DNA of 64,000 nucleotides, taken from positions 16,606 to 80,605 of the IMG/VR virus record IMGVR_UViG_3300025572_000008. One strand, 5' to 3'. This document shows positions 9,801 to 17,712 of this stretch, one piece after another (positions within the stretch are counted from its first letter, which is position 1; each line of letters begins with the position of its first letter). Origin of the DNA: a virus. Made by a program: the position numbers and the translations under genes. Under the pieces are notes generated by a model. That model had not been told where the DNA came from. It searched no databases and worked only from the letters and a program-made list of their open reading frames with translations.

Positions 9801-10283
9801 ATGACCTTCGCTACTCAGAAGTTCTTCGACTACCTGACCGGAGCCGGGATTAAGACGTCCTTCAAGGACGGCAAAATCACCGCGGCACCTTTGACTAGCC
9901 GTGACATTCTGGAAATGAGTCACGGGGAGATCAAGGAGCCGACCTTCATCGATGCGAAGAACCTCGAGCCGGCCAAAGGCGGCCTGTACGACCCGTCCCT
10001 GACCGGAGGTCTGCGGGGCACCCGTTGGACTCACTATACTTTGGCGGAACCCATTCCTAATCCGACTTTCGAGAAGCCAATCAAGAGCCTGCTTGGCCTG
10101 ACTACGAGCGAGTTTAACGGCGTGGTCTCTGGGGCGATAGGCATTCGTCGTGCTGACAAGGGTATCTTCCACCTGCATGACTCGGAAACAGGGAAACACC
10201 TGAAAACGATCAACCTCAAGACTTCGATGCCGGTAGAGGAAAGGGAAGAAGAGGAGAAGGAGCACGACGATGACACTCTATAA
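6861..10283 (+). CDS. rpoB: RNA polymerase beta subunit fused to the beta' N-terminal segment
   Basis: Beta motifs QLQLRPGVY, ARDIDPSHLGIIDPSRTPES, YLPYKGYNHEDGLVIS, GDKLTGLHGNKGIVS, LNPASVTSRINLGQLME, GYMEM..L; followed by beta' N-terminal motifs SHGEIKEPTFI...GGLYDP...HYTLAEP. Confidence 0.95.
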   Translation: MPIPADKADHLQRIFSSPRELSRKVDAALIAGIQSQFPIEGKYFTLVAENVRAEPKTFTHEDEKEAILKSKSLTYPIKGDLKLIDKATGKVVAEQKDFSLMDAFHLTNKHTLLYKGNNYSVANQLQLRPGVYTRARETGELESHVNTATGRSFSLTLDPQTGLFYVQIQSSSIPLAPLLTRVFGVGPKEVSTYIPVEVWDANLKASAGKETKYLSDLYNRLVSTSKRRPGASPEEMASQLKEALESSQLSPQTTQVTLGKALGSVTSETILRAMKNLVDVHAGRRPEDNRDSLQFKRVQNLPDFLARRFEKEHQSVTNVARKIKYELDRMDRNDPKIRGAIAAKPFNKIMSSYLLDSNLVATPSETNPVESLENVAKVTVLGGGEGGIESSRGVPMSARDIDPSHLGIIDPSRTPESGHAGIDQRFTVSARRDADGNLYARVRDNSGKTHFLSVHEMMTHTIGFPHQEGKRKVQAQVNGELKEVDRSKVDYWLADSTDMYTITTNLVPFLNSNHPGRLTMAGKAIPQALSLVDREAPLVQTTNDEGVPFVKLLGKITSTISPVDGEVTAVTSKHIEIKSNDGKTHKVPLVKNLPFNMKGFLDDETPLVKPGDKVKYGDVLVDNNYTKNGELAIGKNLTVAYLPYKGYNHEDGLVISRSAAESLASHHAYKIDYDVQDTSVMRKQLINRYFPGRYTKEQLDKLDDKGFAKVGAVLNHGDPVYVVLEKREPTPEDKMLGRLHKTLVAPYRPVSEIWTHEEQGVVVDAHTEGKAIRILVRSKKPLEIGDKLTGLHGNKGIVSLILEDHEMPYNKETGKPVDLLLNPASVTSRINLGQLMETAAAKIAQKTGKPYLVHNYSKSSNIADLKKELTAHGLDDSEVLVDPKTGKELGKVLTGPQYIAKLYKTTDQNWSARNVGSYDNAMQPTKGGEEGSKAVGYMEMLGLLGSDARKNLKEIATIKSEKNEEFWSRFLNGQPLPKPKMTFATQKFFDYLTGAGIKTSFKDGKITAAPLTSRDILEMSHGEIKEPTFIDAKNLEPAKGGLYDPSLTGGLRGTRWTHYTLAEPIPNPTFEKPIKSLLGLTTSEFNGVVSGAIGIRRADKGIFHLHDSETGKHLKTINLKTSMPVEEREEEEKEHDDDTL

Positions 10284-10479
10284 TCCCAATCGCTTCGTCA
10301 CCGGTCTGACAGATATTCACTATGTGAAGCAGGTGAATCGAAAGACGACTTACCGGGACCCTAACACCGTCCCGGTTTCGTCCGATTCGACGAAGCCTAT
10401 CGTTGTTCGTGAACGTCCGGCGATCGACACGAAGTTCATCCCCGATCCGTTCAAGCCGGAAGACGCTTCGGAACTATAA
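10270..10479 (+). CDS. small hypothetical protein within the RNAP operon
   Basis: 69 aa, AAGGAG SD, fills the gap between two RNAP genes. Confidence 0.5.
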   Translation: MTLYNPNRFVTGLTDIHYVKQVNRKTTYRDPNTVPVSSDSTKPIVVRERPAIDTKFIPDPFKPEDASEL

Positions 10480-10486
10480 TATCGAC

Positions 10487-11662
10487 ATGGCAACTCCTTC
10501 TATTCCTCACGCCGACATCGAAGAACTGACCGTCGGAGGCCAGGCTTTTGAGCAGATGCTGGCTGATGTCGATGTGTCGGCCCAGATCCGAGATCTAAAA
10601 AAGCAAATCCTTGAGACGAAATCTCCGTCAAAACGAGATCAGCTGGTCAAGAAGCTGAAGTACCTGGCAGGCATTCAGAAGTTAGATCTGAAGCCTCACG
10701 AGGCGTACATCCTACATCACATCCCTGTGGCACCGCCCTTGGTTCGACCATCCATACCCATGGGCAATAATCGGATCGAATACGCCGACGTCAATTACCT
10801 CTACAAAGACCACATGCTGGTCAACAACTCGCTAAAGGATATTAAGGACGTCCTGCTGCCTCACCAGACAGTGGCTGAGCGGAAGGCCTTGTACGATGGA
10901 GCCAAGGCTGTATTCGGTCTCGGAGAGGCTATCACGGGAGCCAACCGCGGGAAGGCTAAGAAAGGATATATCAAGCAGATCGCCGGAGACACTGGACCTA
11001 AGGGAGGCTACTTCCATTCCAAGCTGTTGTCGAGGAAGCAAGACTTTTCCGGCCGGGCAACGATCTATGCCGAGCCGAATCTAGGCTTTAACGAGGCGGC
11101 TGTGCCAAAGGATATGCTCTGGACGATGTACGAGTTTCACATCATCCGGGACTTGGTTCGCAACGGCTATGACTACGTCTCAGCGAAGAAGGCTGTGCAG
11201 GCCCGCGACACCGCAGCGACGAATAGCTTTAACAAGCTCATCAAGCAGATCCCGGTGATCCTGAACCGAGCCCCGACTCTGATGCGCACCAACATCACGG
11301 CGCACTATCCTGTGCCTGTCGAAGGCAAAACGATAGGTGTTAACCCGTTGCATCTGCCTCTGTACGCAGGAGACTTCGACGGAGACGCCTTGACAATCCA
11401 TCTTCCTATGACGCCAGAGGCCATCGAGGAAGCTAAGCAAAAGCTTCTTCCTCAAGCTCATATCTACGACTACCGGAAAGGGCAGGGTGCCGCGATGGTG
11501 GCTCCGGGCCACGAGGCGATCATCGGTTCGACCTACCTTACGGAACCTGACCATACTCAGGACGTAGTGGAATTCGAAACTGAAGAGGATGCTCTAAAGG
11601 CCCTGAAGGAAGGGAAGATCAAGGAGAACACGCCGATTCGAATCAAGGCTCACCTGACATAA
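10487..11662 (+). CDS. rpoC: RNA polymerase beta' middle fragment (catalytic DFDGD)
   Basis: IPVAPPLVRP, RKQDFSGRATI, VILNRAPTL, catalytic YAGDFDGD; start moved to MATPSIP. Confidence 0.95.
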   Translation: MATPSIPHADIEELTVGGQAFEQMLADVDVSAQIRDLKKQILETKSPSKRDQLVKKLKYLAGIQKLDLKPHEAYILHHIPVAPPLVRPSIPMGNNRIEYADVNYLYKDHMLVNNSLKDIKDVLLPHQTVAERKALYDGAKAVFGLGEAITGANRGKAKKGYIKQIAGDTGPKGGYFHSKLLSRKQDFSGRATIYAEPNLGFNEAAVPKDMLWTMYEFHIIRDLVRNGYDYVSAKKAVQARDTAATNSFNKLIKQIPVILNRAPTLMRTNITAHYPVPVEGKTIGVNPLHLPLYAGDFDGDALTIHLPMTPEAIEEAKQKLLPQAHIYDYRKGQGAAMVAPGHEAIIGSTYLTEPDHTQDVVEFETEEDALKALKEGKIKENTPIRIKAHLT

Positions 11663-11663
11663 A

Positions 11664-11691
11664 AACCCGGGACTCGGTTAAGCCCCGGGTT
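11664..11691. terminator. terminator between convergent genes
   Basis: AACCCGGG/CCCGGGTT stem with an A-run on the left. Confidence 0.65.
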
Positions 11692-11718
11692 AGATTGATT
11701 CTATTCAGGAGGAGCCAG

Positions 11719-12270
11719 TCAGTCGTTTTCGAACAGCTTTTTAAGTTCCGTGTACAGCTGCCTTGCTGCCATGAGCGGAAGCTGTACCGTGCCCGACGAG
11801 GTCTTCAATGTCAAGGAGGCAATCGGAGAACCGTCGGACGAACCGATTAGATTGCTCCGATCGGCCTTGGACGCCACTCCGGCTTCCTGGGTCTTCGCTC
11901 TTACCGATATCTTTCCTCGTCGAGTCGAAGTGGCTTTTGCCATACGAATCTCCTTCAGTCCGTTGCGACGTGTTCCGTAACTCGGCTCATACGGTTTATC
12001 CGGGACAGCCTCGAACCTAAGGAGCGGCCGTCGCCTCTTGTTGAGCTCCTGAGTCTCTATCGTCCTAAGATGCCCGTTTGCAACCAGAGATTTCAAGGAC
12101 GCATAGACGACGGGTGCAGTGAGATGGGATAGGGCCTCGGTGAGCTCCCTCTCGTTCTGTTCCGGGTGATTCACGACATAGCTGTAGACTTCCTGCGTCT
12201 TGTTGATGAATGGCACAGGCCGTGACGATTCCCCTCTAGACGCCGGGCTAGTTGCAGTCGCTCCGTTCAT
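11719..12270 (-). CDS. putative winged-helix DNA-binding protein
   Basis: 183 aa; VYSYVVNHPEQNERELTEALSHLTAPVVYASLKSLVANGHL has a wHTH-like pattern; basic C-terminal half. Confidence 0.5.
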   Translation of the reverse strand: MNGATATSPASRGESSRPVPFINKTQEVYSYVVNHPEQNERELTEALSHLTAPVVYASLKSLVANGHLRTIETQELNKRRRPLLRFEAVPDKPYEPSYGTRRNGLKEIRMAKATSTRRGKISVRAKTQEAGVASKADRSNLIGSSDGSPIASLTLKTSSGTVQLPLMAARQLYTELKKLFEND

Positions 12271-12331
12271 TTCCAGTAACCCCCTTGGTTGTTTCTACGG
12301 GACTTGAGCTGATTTGAACTTACTACGCTTC

Positions 12332-13222
12332 TTACTCGACGAAATCCAATTCTCCATCTGCATCCCCGTTGTAAACTGGATGCCTTAGACGACCTCCCGC
12401 TCCGCTCGGCCCCAAGGATTTGACCTGTATAAGCTTTCCGATCCAGGCCTTAGGATTGGCCCAGGCCTCCTTGCGCTGAGCCTTCGTGAACCCACTGCCT
12501 ACCGCGGCTACTTCCCTACCTGACCGATCGGTCACTATAACGGCACCCATAGAATCCTTTGGCTTTCCGTTTTTGTCGAACTCCTGAACTATCCGCGAAA
12601 CTCGCAAATTGTAGGTGCCGAAGTGTTTCAGCTTGATCCTACGGTTGCTCGGCTCAGGAGTCGATAGGGAAGTTATTATTACACCCTCTTCCCCGCGTCG
12701 TCGCGTTGAATTTATCAGTTCGACGATGTCGGGTTTTGTGATTTTGGGCTCCGGAACAAACATCATGTCCGGCTTTCCGAAGGCCTGCTCAACCTCTTTC
12801 AGATGAAGCAGTTTCTCTCGATAGGTAGGTAGAGGAGGGTTAATGACGTCGATAAGGACGGCACGGACGGGCCCAGTTTCCTTCTGGGTAGCAATGGCCC
12901 TCTCTGGCAAAGAGTTCAAAATTCCCGACAACCTGGAGTGTGACTCCACGTCATTCTTAGAGTGCCCAGTGTGGATAAGCTCCACGGAGTAGACGTTCCC
13001 GGCCAAGTGAGGCAGCTTCGTTTCAGTCAAATGAGGTAGCTGAGCCGTGCGTTCAGGAAAATGACCCTTAACGGATTGTCGTCGAGAAAAGTAGCGCAAG
13101 GAACCGTCCGGCTCAACTGTTACAAAAAAATGTGCACCATCCCACTTTTTTGTCGCAACGGGGTCGGATATCGTGGTCCAATCGAGTTGATTCGAATCTT
13201 TGTACTGTGCCCTTGTAAACAT
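12332..13222 (-). CDS. ATP-dependent DNA ligase (minimal NTase + OB domains)
   Basis: Motif I KKWDG, motif IV EGVII, motif V IKLK, OB domain VGSGFT...W.G.LIQVK and LRHPVY. Confidence 0.9.
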   Translation of the reverse strand: MFTRAQYKDSNQLDWTTISDPVATKKWDGAHFFVTVEPDGSLRYFSRRQSVKGHFPERTAQLPHLTETKLPHLAGNVYSVELIHTGHSKNDVESHSRLSGILNSLPERAIATQKETGPVRAVLIDVINPPLPTYREKLLHLKEVEQAFGKPDMMFVPEPKITKPDIVELINSTRRRGEEGVIITSLSTPEPSNRRIKLKHFGTYNLRVSRIVQEFDKNGKPKDSMGAVIVTDRSGREVAAVGSGFTKAQRKEAWANPKAWIGKLIQVKSLGPSGAGGRLRHPVYNGDADGELDFVE

Positions 13223-13260
13223 TCAGATAGTATAGCACTGCCCGTAAAGATTGGAGGCTT

Positions 13261-15165
13261 TTATGCTGCGTGTTTTTTCATCAATTTCCTTACCTGATTG
13301 AACAATTCGTCTTTGTCATCACTATGCTCAGTCAGATATTTATCGATACTGTAAGGAGTCTTCGAAAAACGAGATGGCGGTAGCACTGACTGATAGTGCT
13401 CCACATGAACGTGACGCTCCTTCTCCGGGAGATGTTCATGAGATCCGAATCGGGCCCCGCGTCCTATCACCTGTTTGATCTTGGCCTTGTTGAAGTGCGG
13501 CTCGAGCGTTTGGATGAGCTTCGTTCCCTTGAGATCTAGCCCTTCGGCACCCGAGGACGAAACAAGGAGGACCGGCACCTTTCCGCTGTTGTAGTCAGCG
13601 ACGATCTGGTCCTTCTCCTTGCGAGTCAGGCCGCCGGAATACACGCGATGAGGGATCCCTTCCTTCTCGAGGCGTTTGGCGTACTCGTGGACGCCAGAGT
13701 CGAGGTAATTCGAGTACACCAGGCCTCGGAAATTCTTGTCAGAGCTCAGACGTTCCTTCAACCGTGCTACAGCTTTTTCGATCTTCGGCGTATGCGGAAC
13801 TTCGTCGGGGTTGCTAGATAAATGTCTCATTGAGTTTGAGACCTGACGTACTCCGGTTGAAAAAGCGTTAAGAGAAGCCCTCTCTTTCTTATCCAAAGGG
13901 AGATTGTGCCGGACTTTCATACGAAGCAGCCAGGGCAGGTCTCCTTCGACGTAGCGGTAAAGCCGGTGCTGTTCCGGGCTCATCGGAACCTCGACGACCT
14001 CTTCCGTTTGCTTAGGAAACTTGCCTGCCATCTTCGGATCGTCCTTAGCGTCGTAGTAGGAGACGTACTTGCCGAAGATCTTGCCGAGTTCCTTCTCCTG
14101 ATTTAAGACCTTGGCCTCGTCAGGCTTCTTTCCAAGGACTCTCTGCATCAGCGTGGGTTTCTTTCTGATCGTCTTGATGTAGCGATTCTCCATCTCCGCT
14201 GGATCTTCGGGGAGCACGGCCTTGCCGGCCGCCATGTTGACGAGCGGTGATATATCAGAGAGGCGGTTGTAGTTTCCCGTTGCCGTGGCGAGGATTCGCT
14301 TGTCAGAAGAGGAGATAATGTCCCTGAGTTTCCGGGTTCGCTTAGCGTCGATGTTCCTTAGCTTGTGTGCCTCATCGGCCACAGCGAGGGCATACTTACG
14401 CTTAGCCAGCTCGTCGGCCATATTCGTGGCCTTTTCGTAGCTGAGGACGGTAAGGCGATTTCGATCGATATTCAGTTTGTGCTTCTCGATCTCTTTGTCG
14501 ACGTTTGTCTGCAGGCTAGCAGGGGCGACGATGAGAACGTGGCCTTGGGGATTTTCCTTCTGAGCCCGCTCGGCTGCGGTGAGAAACGTCTTGGTCTTGC
14601 CAGACCCGGTGGAATGGTGAAGGACGATGCCCTTCGACTTCTCTAGCTTGGAAAGGGCCTCCTCTTGATGCTTACCGAGAGCCTCGGCTATCTTGACGAG
14701 GTAGCGGTTGCAAGGACATGAAGCAGGCAGCTTCAGGTTGGCTGCTTTCTCGATATATTTGTTCCCGGTCTTCCCGAGGTTCCGAAACAACCACGCCTTG
14801 TCTCCCCATTCGCTGCCCTTCAGCTTCTTTAGTAGAAACTTCTGGCCATCCTTGGTGTGAATGGTCAACTGATCCGAAGTACTGTTTTCTCCAATCCGGG
14901 CCTTACGGACCCAGTCCAAGGTCGTGACTCCGGCTCCATAGGAGCCTTTGGGAATGACAACCTTCTTGCTCAAGGCGTAGTGGCGATCGTGAACCGGCTG
15001 CTCGAAAAGGATGATCGATCGACCAGGCTCAGGCAGCTCCTTCTTCGTGGCCCAGGAGTAAGCCTTATCTCCGGCTACGAGCCGGTAATCCCAGTGCAGT
15101 CCCATTCTGTCCGCTTCGTGACGCTGACGAGTGAACAGAATTTCTTGATCTGGTTGGAGAGGCAT
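13261..15165 (-). CDS. LigD-type 3'-phosphoesterase domain fused to SNF2 helicase
   Basis: N-terminus QRHEADRMGLHWDYRL..SWATKK..HDRHY..IPKGSYGAG (PE domain); helicase motifs HSTGSGKT, VADEAH, ATATG, SSSGAEGLDLKG, QVIGRGAR. Confidence 0.9.
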   Translation of the reverse strand: MPLQPDQEILFTRQRHEADRMGLHWDYRLVAGDKAYSWATKKELPEPGRSIILFEQPVHDRHYALSKKVVIPKGSYGAGVTTLDWVRKARIGENSTSDQLTIHTKDGQKFLLKKLKGSEWGDKAWLFRNLGKTGNKYIEKAANLKLPASCPCNRYLVKIAEALGKHQEEALSKLEKSKGIVLHHSTGSGKTKTFLTAAERAQKENPQGHVLIVAPASLQTNVDKEIEKHKLNIDRNRLTVLSYEKATNMADELAKRKYALAVADEAHKLRNIDAKRTRKLRDIISSSDKRILATATGNYNRLSDISPLVNMAAGKAVLPEDPAEMENRYIKTIRKKPTLMQRVLGKKPDEAKVLNQEKELGKIFGKYVSYYDAKDDPKMAGKFPKQTEEVVEVPMSPEQHRLYRYVEGDLPWLLRMKVRHNLPLDKKERASLNAFSTGVRQVSNSMRHLSSNPDEVPHTPKIEKAVARLKERLSSDKNFRGLVYSNYLDSGVHEYAKRLEKEGIPHRVYSGGLTRKEKDQIVADYNSGKVPVLLVSSSGAEGLDLKGTKLIQTLEPHFNKAKIKQVIGRGARFGSHEHLPEKERHVHVEHYQSVLPPSRFSKTPYSIDKYLTEHSDDKDELFNQVRKLMKKHAA

Positions 15166-15183
15166 GTGACTTGAGGAGGCTAA

Positions 15184-15213
15184 AAAATAACTCTGCGTGA
15201 ACAGAGTTATTTT
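15184..15213 (-). terminator. intrinsic terminator of the upstream minus-strand gene
   Basis: 12-bp stem AAAATAACTCTG/CAGAGTTATTTT with a U-run on the minus strand. Confidence 0.7.
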
Positions 15214-15215
15214 AA
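15208..15215 (-). promoter_or_regulatory. putative late promoter motif TTAAAATA (only minus-strand copy noticed)
   Basis: 42 nt upstream of the PE-SNF2 ATG, embedded in the terminator stem. Confidence 0.45.
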
Positions 15216-15230
15216 GGCAGAGCCTAGTTT

Positions 15231-16409
15231 TTAGCCGAAAGTAACAGCGTCAGCCGGCGGCTCAAGCTTTACGATCTTACGAGTCCTTCGTCGCGTAACG
15301 ACGAGCTCGGGGATTTTGGGAACTTCAGAAGTCTCAGGGCTCTGCTTAATTTCTGGTTTCTTATAGTTTGCGTGGAACCGCTGAATCGAGTCCCGGATCG
15401 TATCAGGCGTGCTGCTCTTAACGAAGAACTCGAACTCCCCGTGGCTCGGAAAAGTCGCTTTGTAAGCCTCGGTGAAGAGGTCGAGATCCTCTCCAGATTC
15501 GATCCCGGTTGCCGCCATCACTGTCTCACTGTTGAATTTGGAGCGGACAAGTTTATTCGAATAATAAGCCTCGGCAACGGCCTTGCAGGAGTCGATAAGG
15601 GAGCTCGTCTCGATGAAGGTCTTAACATGTAGAAGTTGGTGCGGTTCCGGAGCGACAGGCCAAGGCTGAGGGTCCCCCTGTGCCCGACGTCGGAGACCTT
15701 CTTCGGCAACATATTTAACGAATCCTGCGAACGATGGGTCGTTCAATCGAGAGGCATCACCTACATATTCGAAGTTTTCGTTGATGTCGTATGCCGAAAG
15801 AGTGAAAAGATAATTCCTAAGGATTGACGCATAAACGTCTTCCCGTTGTTCGAAACCGTAGTGGAAACTTCCTCCTGCACTGTAATAATAATCCAGCTTC
15901 AGGAAGGGCATAATGGCGCCAAATTTATTGGAGTAAAAGACGTATCCAATATTTTCATCACCATCTTTTAAAACATAGAACAGACCGCTTTGGGTAAGTT
16001 TCAAGTTGTAAGGTTGTGCGAGATATTGGATCAATCCTCCCGCTCCATCGTAACCTAAGAGAGTAGCGTTTAGCGCAACCGTACCGTAAGGGACTTGAAT
16101 AAAATTGACCTGATGGCCTTTGAACTCGAAAGAACTCACATTACCATTCCGGGCCCAAGCTTTAGATTTAAGGGTTTCGGCAAGTGCAGGCTCGAAATCC
16201 TTAGTACCAAACGAGGTACTCAGCACGCCTTGATCAATGACAATATCCAAGCTCGCATATCCATCCTTTGAGAATTTCAGAGCTCTAGTTGGCAACGCAG
16301 AATCTCGCAGTTCAAGCGCACGAAATACCTCGTCTTTGAGACTTTCCCGTTTGCTATGAGTCATCAGCCGCGTGATTCTACATTTTTCTCGAAGCGCATT
16401 ATCGCTCAT
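15231..16409 (-). CDS. hypothetical protein, possibly a degenerate pol-beta-like nucleotidyltransferase
   Basis: 392 aa; YASLDIVID and NGNVSSFEFKGHQVNFI recall phage minimal NTases, but the acidic triad is incomplete. Confidence 0.4.
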   Translation of the reverse strand: MSDNALREKCRITRLMTHSKRESLKDEVFRALELRDSALPTRALKFSKDGYASLDIVIDQGVLSTSFGTKDFEPALAETLKSKAWARNGNVSSFEFKGHQVNFIQVPYGTVALNATLLGYDGAGGLIQYLAQPYNLKLTQSGLFYVLKDGDENIGYVFYSNKFGAIMPFLKLDYYYSAGGSFHYGFEQREDVYASILRNYLFTLSAYDINENFEYVGDASRLNDPSFAGFVKYVAEEGLRRRAQGDPQPWPVAPEPHQLLHVKTFIETSSLIDSCKAVAEAYYSNKLVRSKFNSETVMAATGIESGEDLDLFTEAYKATFPSHGEFEFFVKSSTPDTIRDSIQRFHANYKKPEIKQSPETSEVPKIPELVVTRRRTRKIVKLEPPADAVTFG

Positions 16410-16410
16410 A

Positions 16411-16827
16411 ATGAGTTCCTTTAATGAAAACGGCTTTCTTCGGGACGTGGCTCAGCGAGCCTGTCTCGATATAGCCTTTAAAGATGAAAAGATGCTCCCA
16501 GGGGTAGCAACAATCGGAGCGTTGCCGATCGATATTACCATCAAGGGGAGAAGACTGATTCTGAACGCAGTCGGGGATTTTGGTGGAACGGAAAAGAGCT
16601 TTTCTCTTTGCCAGTCTCGAGGAAAAGGTTTGTTCCGATCCCTTTACCCGCATTTCATCGACGCCATGAAGGCATTTGATCTGGAGCCTCGGATATGGCT
16701 AACGCCGTTGAGCCCAGTCTGGCAAAAAAACTACCCCTTGGTAGAGGTAGAAGCCGGCCCGGTTAAGGGCCATAGGTTCTTCCTGGACGTCACGCAGCCT
16801 TTGCCGCCTGCGCCAGACCGTTCCTGA
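16411..16827 (+). CDS. hypothetical protein, possible GNAT-fold acetyltransferase
   Basis: SRGKGLFRSLY resembles GNAT motif A; lies antisense within a minus-strand block. Confidence 0.4.
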   Translation: MSSFNENGFLRDVAQRACLDIAFKDEKMLPGVATIGALPIDITIKGRRLILNAVGDFGGTEKSFSLCQSRGKGLFRSLYPHFIDAMKAFDLEPRIWLTPLSPVWQKNYPLVEVEAGPVKGHRFFLDVTQPLPPAPDRS

Positions 16828-17122
16828 AAGTTTCGAGATTGAACTTAGGATTGGACGGCACAAACGGCCCTAGCATTCCCGGATCATCATACTGAAGAGT
16901 CGTATAGATGCCTCCGTTATCGTAGATTTTCTTCCGGAGCTCATCGGTGACGACACACATTTTGATTTCACTAGCACGGCTGTAGCATCCTGGCTCTCCG
17001 AGATTCTTGATCCGCCGGATCTCTCTCTGGAGAAACTCCTTGTCGAAAGCGTAGCTAACTCCATCCGGCCGATCCAACCCTCTCTCGTACTCAGTCCAGA
17101 CAGTGCGATAGACGACGTTCAT
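16790..17122 (-). CDS. hypothetical protein
   Basis: Start MNVVYRTV with GGAG SD. Confidence 0.7.
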   Translation of the reverse strand: MNVVYRTVWTEYERGLDRPDGVSYAFDKEFLQREIRRIKNLGEPGCYSRASEIKMCVVTDELRKKIYDNGGIYTTLQYDDPGMLGPFVPSNPKFNLETFRNGLAQAAKAA

Positions 17123-17163
17123 GATCTCTCCTTGAAAATCCAACCATCTCGAGGCGATTCAGG

Positions 17164-17361
17164 TCAGTCTCCTGTCCATTTGGACAGCCACTGCTTCGGT
17201 ATGTGCATGGATACGCAGGGCGTATCCTTGCCGAGCACGACCACAGTGACCGCGCGGCTGTCGTCCGCCATCTCCACGCACCGAGCGGCGACGACCATGC
17301 CGTGCCACTTATTGCCGGGTTGCAGTGTTGACGGGCAGTTGATGAAATATCTGGTGTACAT
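17164..17361 (-). CDS. small hypothetical protein
   Basis: Start MYTRYF with AAGGAG SD. Confidence 0.6.
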   Translation of the reverse strand: MYTRYFINCPSTLQPGNKWHGMVVAARCVEMADDSRAVTVVVLGKDTPCVSMHIPKQWLSKWTGD

Positions 17362-17397
17362 GCAGTTCTCCTTGGTATCAGGCCGCAACCAGCCGGG

Positions 17398-17595
17398 TCA
17401 CGGCGACGATATGGCCGTGCTCCGGGGGTGGCGGACCGCGACGCCGCAATTCACCGGATCCGAGCAGCGAAGTACGCCGACAGACCTACAGTTATGGCAA
17501 TAGGGTTTTGGTGCCGGCGGAGTTTCGTTATGACCTCGAGCAGTCTTGGACATAGAGTAAACATACCGTCGGTTGTAATTCAAAGCAGGAATCAT
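17398..17595 (-). CDS. small hypothetical protein with Cys motif
   Basis: Start MIPAL with AAGGAG SD; CHNC...C....C. Confidence 0.55.
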   Translation of the reverse strand: MIPALNYNRRYVYSMSKTARGHNETPPAPKPYCHNCRSVGVLRCSDPVNCGVAVRHPRSTAISSP

Positions 17596-17667
17596 TATTA
17601 GCTCCTTCAAAGCAAGAATGAAAACGACCGCTCTATAATGATTAGAGCGGCAGTTCTTTGTACAATA

Positions 17668-17675
17668 CTTATACC
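17668..17675 (-). promoter_or_regulatory. putative early promoter motif GGTATAAG
   Basis: CTTATACC upstream of the minus-strand block starting at 17595; back-to-back with a late motif. Confidence 0.65.
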
Positions 17676-17687
17676 ACTACTCTGTTC

Positions 17688-17693
17688 TAAAAT
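17688..17693 (+). promoter_or_regulatory. putative late promoter motif TAAAAT
   Basis: 19 nt before ATG 17713. Confidence 0.45.
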
Positions 17694-17712
17694 GGATAGA
17701 GAAATCCAAGCC

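Noticed and set aside
10283-10487. Self-splicing intron or intein joining the RNAP pieces
   Set aside because: The gap is about 200 nt and filled by an ORF with an SD; no group I core or intein motifs seen.
16399-16653. 84-aa minus-strand ORF as the real gene at this position
   Set aside because: No SD or protein-like pattern; the plus-strand ORF looks more coding.
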